DNA of 64,000 nt. It comes from Longimicrobiales bacterium (GTDB lineage Bacteria; Gemmatimonadota; Gemmatimonadetes; Longimicrobiales; Gaopeijiaceae). Position numbers and translations under genes: made by a program. Shown one piece after another: positions 30,295-37,740 of the stretch; position 1 is the first letter of the stretch, and each line of letters opens with the position of its first letter. The DNA is taken from NCBI GenBank assembly GCA_965218295.1, contig CBDCKN010000013.1, positions 320,001-384,000 of the forward strand, given 5' to 3'. The notes under the pieces are model-generated. The model worked only from the letters and a program-made list of their open reading frames with translations, was not told the origin of the DNA and searched no databases.

Positions 30295-30356
30295 AGTGTA
30301 CTCCCCTGAAGAATTGGAAAATACTGGGCTGAGCTGAAGAAGGAGTGTACGGGGGC

Positions 30357-30386
30357 AAGATACTGATTCCGCCAAAAACGTGTCAA
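30357..30386 (-). promoter_or_regulatory. sigma70-type promoter for the TPR-aroQ-efp-acc operon
   Basis: TTGACA-N18-TATCTT in the AT-rich divergent intergenic region. Confidence 0.55.
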
Positions 30387-30494
30387 CGAAGGAGGTTGAG
30401 GGCCCCATAGGGTGCCGTTACTTTTCAAGGCCTTTTGCGTATGAAAAGGGACAAGTTTTCTTGACCGCCGCACACGCCGAGGAGTAGCCGGGTT

Positions 30495-32318
30495 ATGATG
30501 CGTCAGATGAGGGAGAACACGAAATGGATCATGCTTATCACAGCAATGGCCTTCGTGGGTCTCATGGTGTTCCAGTGGGGCATGGACATCACGGGGAGAA
30601 GTGGACTATCCGTCGGCGAGATCGGCAGCGTGAACGGCGTTCCCGTCAGCTATGAGGAGTACAACTCCACCTACAGCCGGCTCCTCGATCAGGTTCAGAA
30701 CTCCCAGGAGGATCCGGTCACAAGCCAGCAGATCAACGACATCGAGGACGCCGCCTGGGACGAAGCGGTCAATCAGGCCCTGATCCGTCAGGAACTGCGG
30801 AGACGCGGCATCGAGGTCACGGACGAGGAGATCCGCAACGCGGCACGTTTCAGCCCGCCCCCTGAGCTGCGCTTGAGCCCCGCGTTCCAAACCGACGGCG
30901 CATTCGACATCCAGAAGTACCACGACTTCCTCTCTTCGCCCACCATCGACGATCGGGTCCTGCTCCAGCTCGAGAACTACTACCGGGAGATCATTCCGCG
31001 GAATAAGCTGCTGAGGCAGGTATCCTCGGACGTCTACGTGAGCGACGCGGCCCTCTGGCAGGACTACAGGGACCGCAACGAGCGGATCTCGGTTCGCTAC
31101 ATCTCGCTGAACCCCGGCCAGCGGATCGCCGACTCTCTCGCAACCGTGGCGCCGGCTGAGGTGGAGGAGTACTACGACGAGAACCGCGACGAGTTCGCGA
31201 TCCCGGCCCAGGCTCCCGTGAAGGTGGTGGTCTTGGACAAGGCGCCGACGGCCGCCGACACAGCCGCGGCCGGGGAGACGGCGGCAGAGCTCCGACAGGA
31301 GATCCGGGACGGGGTCGACTTCGAGGAGATCCTGGCCAGGCCGCGAATCTCGACGGGATCGGGCGATCTCGGGTGGTTCACGGAGGATCGGATGGTTCCC
31401 GAGTTCTCCGCGGCGGCGTTCACGGCCGCCAAAGGGGACATCACTGAGCCGGTGAGAACGTCCTTCGGTTACCACATCATCGAGGTGCAGGACAAGGCCG
31501 CCGACAGCATCAAGGCCCGTCACATCCTCGTCCCCTTCGAGCGCACGGACGACTCGGAGCTCGAGCTTCTCACCCTGGCAGACTCGCTGGAAGGGCTGGG
31601 GGAGTCACGCACCTTCGAACAAGCCGTCGAGATTCTGGACCTCCAGATGGAGAACGCCACTTTGAGCCCGGACTTCGCCTTCGTGATCGGCGCCGGTCAG
31701 GTGGGCGAGGGCGCGGACTGGGCGTTCGAGGAGGCTCTGCCGGGAGACGTGAGCCCGGTATTCGAGACGAGACAGGCTTTCTACATGCTCGAGCTCATCG
31801 AAGTGCGCGAGGCGGGCTTCATCTCCCTGCAGGACGCTACGGCAGCCATCGAGCAGGAGGTCCGAACTCGCAAGAAGCTGGAGATGGCCAAGGCCGAAGG
31901 TGAAGAGGTGGTCGCAGAGATTCGGGAGGGAGCCTCCATGGACGATGTCGCAGAGCGTCGGGACCTGCAGATCCGTGACGCCGGCCCGTATGGCCGCTGG
32001 GACTTCGTCCCCGGTCTCGGCCGCTTGAATGCCGCGGTGGGAGCCGGATTCGGTCTCTACCAGGGCCAGGTCAGCAATGTGGTGGAAGCCAATAACAACG
32101 CCTTCATCCTCGCGCAGGTCGACTACATTGCGGCCGACACCACACTTTTCGAGGAGGAGCGGTTGGCGCAGCGGTTACAGATGGTGGCCAACGTTCAGCA
32201 GACGCGTCTCCAGGATTGGCTCCAGGGCCTGCGGGCCGCGGCTCGCATCGTGGACCGCCGCGACGAGGTCCTGAACGCCGACCCGGCGGATCAGCCGCTG
32301 ATCCCGCCGATCTTCTAG
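30495..32318 (+). CDS. ppiD: PpiD/SurA-like periplasmic peptidyl-prolyl isomerase
   Basis: N-terminal TM anchor, SurA N-terminal domain, parvulin motifs GDLGWF..MVPEF..PVRTSFGYHII. Confidence 0.85.
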   Translation: MMRQMRENTKWIMLITAMAFVGLMVFQWGMDITGRSGLSVGEIGSVNGVPVSYEEYNSTYSRLLDQVQNSQEDPVTSQQINDIEDAAWDEAVNQALIRQELRRRGIEVTDEEIRNAARFSPPPELRLSPAFQTDGAFDIQKYHDFLSSPTIDDRVLLQLENYYREIIPRNKLLRQVSSDVYVSDAALWQDYRDRNERISVRYISLNPGQRIADSLATVAPAEVEEYYDENRDEFAIPAQAPVKVVVLDKAPTAADTAAAGETAAELRQEIRDGVDFEEILARPRISTGSGDLGWFTEDRMVPEFSAAAFTAAKGDITEPVRTSFGYHIIEVQDKAADSIKARHILVPFERTDDSELELLTLADSLEGLGESRTFEQAVEILDLQMENATLSPDFAFVIGAGQVGEGADWAFEEALPGDVSPVFETRQAFYMLELIEVREAGFISLQDATAAIEQEVRTRKKLEMAKAEGEEVVAEIREGASMDDVAERRDLQIRDAGPYGRWDFVPGLGRLNAAVGAGFGLYQGQVSNVVEANNNAFILAQVDYIAADTTLFEEERLAQRLQMVANVQQTRLQDWLQGLRAAARIVDRRDEVLNADPADQPLIPPIF

Positions 32319-32342
32319 GAGCGCCCGCGTCCGGAGAGGCTC

Positions 32343-32630
32343 CTAGGGGTCGGAGCTCTCGTACTTCTCCACGTCTGGCGACGTGGTCAGCTTTCTCGGC
32401 TCCTGGTCCTGGTCCTCGTCATCCGCCGACGTGGAAGACGTTACCGATTCTTGCCGCGACTCATCCACAGCCTGGACCTCCCGTTCGATCTCTCGAATCG
32501 AGCCCTTGAACTCCCGAATGCCCTTCCCCAGGGATGATCCGATCTCCGGAAGCCGCTTGGCGCCGAAGAGGAGGAGGACGACCAGGAAGATCAGGAGCAT
32601 CTCCCACATGCCGAGTCCGCCGAGTCCCAT
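32343..32630 (-). CDS. tatA: Twin-arginine translocase TatA
   Basis: LLLFGAKRLPEIGSSLGKGIREFK. Confidence 0.95.
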   Translation of the reverse strand: MGLGGLGMWEMLLIFLVVLLLFGAKRLPEIGSSLGKGIREFKGSIREIEREVQAVDESRQESVTSSTSADDEDQDQEPRKLTTSPDVEKYESSDP

Positions 32631-32669
32631 GATATCAACCTCCGTTAGAGGTCCGTCCAGACCTTTGCC

Positions 32670-32948
32670 TCAGATCCAGGATCGGACGATAAATGCTACG
32701 ATCGAGATTCCAACGAGCGTCAGCACGTTCAGGCTCAATGTGAGTGGCCCGATCGTGAACGCAACAGCGACCAGATCGATGGACAGAGGCCCGATGGACG
32801 CTTCCACCGCAGTGCTGAGAAACGACTTGGCCGCGCTCTCCGGAAGGAACAGCTCGGACAACTTGGTGAGCAGTCCTCCCAACAGCAGCCCGAGCACCTG
32901 AGTCCAGGCCAGGCGCTTTACGTTCCGCCGATACGTATCAACTAGCAT
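32670..32948 (-). CDS. Small membrane protein (DUF4321-like)
   Basis: Hydrophobic protein with IDL..FTIG..LSLN pattern. Confidence 0.6.
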   Translation of the reverse strand: MLVDTYRRNVKRLAWTQVLGLLLGGLLTKLSELFLPESAAKSFLSTAVEASIGPLSIDLVAVAFTIGPLTLSLNVLTLVGISIVAFIVRSWI

Positions 32949-33017
32949 ACGGTCCGCAGGCGCGTCTGGTTCCCATTCTTCTGTGGATCACGGATGGTCG
33001 GAGCGTAGCCCCCGGCA

Positions 33018-34025
33018 TCAGCGGTCGCGGTCGATGGCGTACGCCACGGCGCTCCGGAGCGCCTCGACGGCAAGATCTTCCGGGATGTCGCGGAGCGCCT
33101 CGTCGGCGCGTTCGGCGTAGAAGTCCGCCTGGTCCCGGGCGTATAGGAGTCCCCCCCTGTCACGGACGATACCGATGACGCGCTGGATCTCCTCGTCGGA
33201 AGCCTCGACCAGGGTGAAGAAGTCCCGGATCTCTGCCATCTCGCCGCCCGATACGTTGGCCAGGGCCCCCACGAGGGGGAGCGTGACCTTGCGCTCCCTT
33301 AGGTCATGTCCCGAGGGCTTGCCGGTCACCGCCTCGGAGCCGGTGTAGTCCAGCAGGTCATCGGCGATCTGGAATGCCATCCCGAGATTGTGCCCGAAGA
33401 GAGCGAGGGGCTGGCGATACTCACGGGCTCCGTCCAGGGCACCCATCTCGCAGGCCGCCGACATGAGCGACGCAGTCTTCGCCGCGATGAGCCGGTAGTA
33501 ATCCTCCTCGGTGAACTCGAGGGCGTCGTAGGACGTCAACTGGCGCATCTCCCCGACGCTCATCTCGTTGGCCGCGACGGCGAGCACGGCCAACGCTTCG
33601 AGCTTGCCGAGGTGAGTGAGCTCCGTGATCGACCGGCTGTACAGATAGTCGCCCATGATGATGGCGATCTGATGGGTCCAGAGAGCGTTGACCGTGGGGG
33701 AGCCCCGGCGGAGGACGCTGTGATCGACGGCGTCGTCGTGAACCAGCGTAGCCAGGTGCACCAGCTCTACCACAGCCCCCAACGTCACGGCATCGTGCGA
33801 GGGCCTTCCCCCAACCTGATTTGCCAACAGCAGGAGTGTGGGGCGGAACAGCTTCCCCCTCATCAGCAGGAGGTACTCGTTGACCTCCTCGATCATGTCG
33901 AAGTCCGAAACGATGATGCGCTTCAGCTCCTCCTGCACGGACTCCAGCCGACCCCCCACCAGGGACTGCATCGCAGACAGCCCTGGGGGGGGGTCTCTCA
34001 GCAGCAAGCTCCGAGCCGCCTCCAT
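33018..34025 (-). CDS. Polyprenyl diphosphate synthase (IspB/HepT-like)
   Basis: GKLFRP, LVHDDAVD..RRG, KTASL and FQIADDLLD motifs. Start uncertain; the ORF-track extension runs into a repeat. Confidence 0.92.
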   Translation of the reverse strand: MEAARSLLLRDPPPGLSAMQSLVGGRLESVQEELKRIIVSDFDMIEEVNEYLLLMRGKLFRPTLLLLANQVGGRPSHDAVTLGAVVELVHLATLVHDDAVDHSVLRRGSPTVNALWTHQIAIIMGDYLYSRSITELTHLGKLEALAVLAVAANEMSVGEMRQLTSYDALEFTEEDYYRLIAAKTASLMSAACEMGALDGAREYRQPLALFGHNLGMAFQIADDLLDYTGSEAVTGKPSGHDLRERKVTLPLVGALANVSGGEMAEIRDFFTLVEASDEEIQRVIGIVRDRGGLLYARDQADFYAERADEALRDIPEDLAVEALRSAVAYAIDRDR

Positions 34026-34075
34026 CAGCGCACGGCCAGGTTCGACATTGTCATCGATCAGGAATTCGCCGGGTT

Positions 34076-34351
34076 TAGAAGGCTGTGGAGGGAGTACAGC
34101 GGGTCGCGTTAGGAGCGCCGAGGGTCCAGCGCGTAGGCGGCGCGACGACGCGATGCTGTAGTATCGGGGAGGAGCGCCAACACCGGCGATGGGCCCTCGC
34201 CGCCCTAACCCGAAGGGCACAGGGGGGTTGCGGTCTCATAGGTCGTCTCTTCTCCTCGCCGTAGCCCTGCTACGACTCGTCGTCGTTCCTACTCTGAGCC
34301 TCGCAAGACCCCTGTGCGCGACCCACTGTACTCCCTCCACAGCCTTCTCTA
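34076..34351. mobile_element. MITE-like element, family B (~275 nt)
   Basis: 32-nt TIR with one mismatch, AGAAGGCTGTGGAGGGAGTACAG(C/T)GGGTCGCG, at 34077-34108 and 34317-34348, in TTAG/CTAG contexts. Contains two oppositely oriented copies of the core also found in family A. Confidence 0.88.
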
Positions 34352-36213
34352 GTCCCGGAGGGCCCGCAAGCGCTCCGTAACGTCCGCGAAGTTGATGTCC
34401 AGAGAAAACACCCTGTCGTAAAACTCTAGGGCCTGGTCCTTGTTCCCAACAGCCTCGTAGGACTTGCCCAAGTAGTAGTAGATGCCCATGAGCTCGTCCT
34501 CGACCTCAAAAGGCGCGTCGAGGGCGCGGGTGAGAGATCGGAGGGCAGCCTCAGGCTCACCCTTCTGAGGAACGTCTGACCGAGCAGCTCGTAAGTGGCA
34601 AGGTGGTCTGCGGAGGCACGTAGCGCCTGTTGGTACTCGCCGATGGCTTCGTCAAGCAGGCCCATCTCCTTGAAGGCCGTACCCAGGTCATAATGTGCCG
34701 TGGCGTCGTCGGCTCCGATGTTCTCGGACACCTTCTCCCGGAACTGCGAGAGCATGCGCTGGAAGTCCGCCGACTCGTCTCCGGTGGGCTCCTCGTAGGC
34801 CACCACGAATCGGGTGGTCTTCTCTTCCTCGTCCCCGAGGAGCATAGAGCCCAGATCGACGTAGGATTCCGCCGAGGAGACCTCCTGAGCCGCCTCGGCC
34901 GCCGTCTCTCCCTCGAGCTGGCCCAACGCCGCCTTGGCCCGCTCGTTGGTGGGATCCGTCGACAGGGCCTGCTCGAACACGGCCTTGGCCCGCGTCTCCT
35001 GCCCGGCCCGCTGCAGACACTCGGCGAGACCCAGGTAGGCCTCTGCGAGGGCCCCCGAGTCGTTGGAGCGGAACGCGTACTCCACCATGCGCTGGTGATG
35101 GTTCTGGTCATCGGGCTCCGCCTCCACGACGGCGGAGAGCGCCTCGATAGCCTCCAGGAAATCTCCCGCGGAAGCCAGAGCCTCGTGATCTGAGACGGCA
35201 TCCTCCGCCTTGGCTTCGGCCACCGACTCTTCCACCGCCGCCTCGACGGCTTCTTCGGCGACAGACCCGTCATCCAGGCCCTCGAGCCCCACCTCGATCT
35301 CGGGACGCTCCTCGGCAGGCGCCTCGACGGCATCCTCTTCGTCATCGTCGAAGGACAAGAGAGGCAGGTCCATAACGGCCTCTTCTTCTTTCTCGTCCGC
35401 CGCTTCGACGTCGAGAGACAGGCCACCCGTGTCCACCTCTACGGCCTCCTCTTCGGCCTCTTCCTCGTCACCCCCGATCTCCAAGCCACCGGCCTCGATC
35501 TCCCCGGGCACGCCCGGCTCCCCGGCGGTGGGCTCCTCGAAGCCAACGTCTCCAAGGCCATCGTCGGCGCCGGAAGCGACGCCGGCCATGGGCGCGGCTT
35601 CGAGCGAAGCGGTGGGATCCATCTCCTGAATCTGGGCCTCGACCTGCGCGGCATCCTCTACCATCCCCTTCCCCATCATGATCTGATGGGCGCCGACCAG
35701 CTGCTGGACGGCCTCGCTCATCCGGTCGTGTTGCCCCAGCTGGGCCGCCAGGAGCTGTCGGATCTCGTAGTCGTCGGGCGCTAGGTCCACGAACTCGATG
35801 AGGGCCCGGAAGGCCTCGTCCATATCCCCGAAGGCCTGTACGCGCTCGGCGTAGGTGATGAAGCTGGCGCGGGCGTCGGTGATGAAGCCCTGTGCCGCCC
35901 GGATCTGGCCGATCTTCAAGTGGATCGTGTACCGATCCGGGAGATTGCGCATCACCTTCTTGCAGATGGCGATCGCGTTGTTGGGAAGCTCCGCCTCGAC
36001 GTAGTAGTCGACGGCCCTCTCGTAGAAGCTCACCGCCTGAGCAGAAGCGCCGGTCCGGGTCGCGAGGTCGCCGGCACGGTTGAACAGGCCGATGTCCGGG
36101 ACGTCCTCGTCGGACATCTGGTCGATGGCCTTGACATACAGGTTCAACGCCTTCTGCCACTCTTCCTTCTGCTCGTGACCCCGGGCCAGCTCTTTTATCG
36201 CTTCTACGCTCAT
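34349..36213 (-). CDS. Large TPR protein, SgmX-like architecture (apparent -1 frameshift at ~34568)
   Basis: N-terminal TPRs, acidic linker, DATAHYDLGTAFKEMGLLDEAI; corrected C-terminus ...IYYYLGKSYE...DINFADVTERLRALRD*. Confidence 0.8.
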
Positions 36214-36315
36214 GTACTCGCACTCGTACTTGAGTCTTCCCACCCCACCCGCAGGTGGAGAGCACTAATCTGCCTGCAAGAGCCGGGAGCACAAGGGGAA
36301 AGCCGCGAGAGCCGA

Positions 36316-36355
36316 CGCGACGCCCCCGATGACCGAAGCCATCGGGGGCGTCGCG
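36316..36355. terminator. 16-bp perfect GC hairpin downstream of the lipoprotein gene
   Basis: CGCGACGCCCCCGATG-ACCGAAGC-CATCGGGGGCGTCGCG; no strong U-tract. Confidence 0.55.
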
Positions 36356-36380
36356 CGGATTCAGGGGACGACGGAGGTGG

Positions 36381-37505
36381 TCAGCGACCCACCAGCTGTG
36401 GGTTTCCGGCCTGGAGCTGGTAGGCCCAGTCGAAGATCATGATCTCCACACCGGTCTGATCCGTTCCCAGCAGAGCAACGCGAATGGCGCCATAGTGAAG
36501 CTGACCATCGTCGCCCACCACACGCAGCATGTACGTGAGCTCCGGCTCCAGGAACACGTCTCCTCCCGTGAACCCCGAGGTCGGGGCGGTCGTCCAATCC
36601 TGGCACTGGGGATCCGCAGCGACGCCGCACTTGAGTGCGGTCGTGAAGGTCCCCTCTGGGAAGATGTCGGCCGAGGGTCCGGGCACCAGCCACCAGCCGA
36701 GGGCGTCGGTCTCCAGCCGGAAGTGCCTGGACGGCGACGATCCGCCGACGATGGGATCCAGCTCGTCGGACTCGGCGAACCGGAATCCGGAACGCGCCGG
36801 GTTGTCGGCGAACGAGACGACCAGCTCTCCCCGGAAGTCGGGCCGGGGCGTCCCCGGGCTCTCGAAGCTGTCCAGGCTCTCGTGGCCGTAGACGTCCACC
36901 GACGACACTACGTACGTGGACGTCACTCCGTTCCTGGCCAGCTCGTCCAGAAAGCCCTCCGAGTCGGTCTCCCCGAGAAGCGTCGCACCGCCGTCAGTCA
37001 GCAGATACACCCGGTAGTGCGAGAAATCGCTGGCGGAGCGGGCGTTGTCACTCCAGCGGATGTAGTTGGTGTCGTCCAGTGCCACCACGTCCATGCCCGA
37101 AGGCACCGGCGGCGGAATGAAAGACGGCACCGAAACCACGATCAGCGCATCCGAGTCGGTCTCCGCACCTGTATCGGGGTCCACCGACGACACGAAGTAC
37201 TCGTAGCTGACGGACTCGACAATGTTCGTGTCGGTGTACTCGCACGCCCCGTCGACACAGCTCGTCACTTCCGCGATCACCAGAAAGGAGGCGTCGCCCA
37301 CGCGCCGACCGTAGACCCGGAAGGACTCTCCGTTCCACTGGGCCCCCAGCAACCAGTGAAGCGTGATCGCGTGGTTGAAATACTCGCCTTCGAGCCCCTC
37401 AGGCGGGGCGGGAAAGTCGTCTACGGGAATGAAGACGGTGTTGTCGTTATCGCAAGCGCCCAGCAGCAGAGCCATCCCAACCACCGCAAAGAACCGTTTC
37501 CACAT
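36381..37505 (-). CDS. Lipoprotein with fibronectin type III-like domains
   Basis: Lipobox LLGAC; two FN3-like segments (P..L..W...YRVY...Y.VSSVD). Confidence 0.75.
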   Translation of the reverse strand: MWKRFFAVVGMALLLGACDNDNTVFIPVDDFPAPPEGLEGEYFNHAITLHWLLGAQWNGESFRVYGRRVGDASFLVIAEVTSCVDGACEYTDTNIVESVSYEYFVSSVDPDTGAETDSDALIVVSVPSFIPPPVPSGMDVVALDDTNYIRWSDNARSASDFSHYRVYLLTDGGATLLGETDSEGFLDELARNGVTSTYVVSSVDVYGHESLDSFESPGTPRPDFRGELVVSFADNPARSGFRFAESDELDPIVGGSSPSRHFRLETDALGWWLVPGPSADIFPEGTFTTALKCGVAADPQCQDWTTAPTSGFTGGDVFLEPELTYMLRVVGDDGQLHYGAIRVALLGTDQTGVEIMIFDWAYQLQAGNPQLVGR

Positions 37506-37575
37506 GATTCATCTACCTCACGCTGGGTTCAGCGCCGGGTCTCTCGGATCCCGGCGATCCTCGCCCTACACGTAT

Positions 37576-37591
37576 TGCACAACCGGTACCA
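37576..37591 (-). promoter_or_regulatory. Candidate sigma54 (-24/-12) promoter
   Basis: TGGTAC-CGGTT-GTGCA has the exact GG-N10-GC spacing, ~70 nt upstream of the lipoprotein ATG. Confidence 0.45.
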
Positions 37592-37712
37592 AAACTGAAA
37601 ACCGCATACATCAAAGGGTTTCCGTGATGATCGCAGCCAGATCGTCCTCTGGAGAGGACAGGGACCGGACCGCCGAAAGACATGGGCACGGCCATGGAGG
37701 GTGCCGACACTA

Positions 37713-37740
37713 TGTGTGGTGTCCCAGGAGTGTCTCGGCC
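37713..37740. mobile_element. Family A end remnant
   Basis: GTGTGGTGTCCCAGGAGTGTCTCGGCC matches 58569-58595 with one mismatch. Confidence 0.75.
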
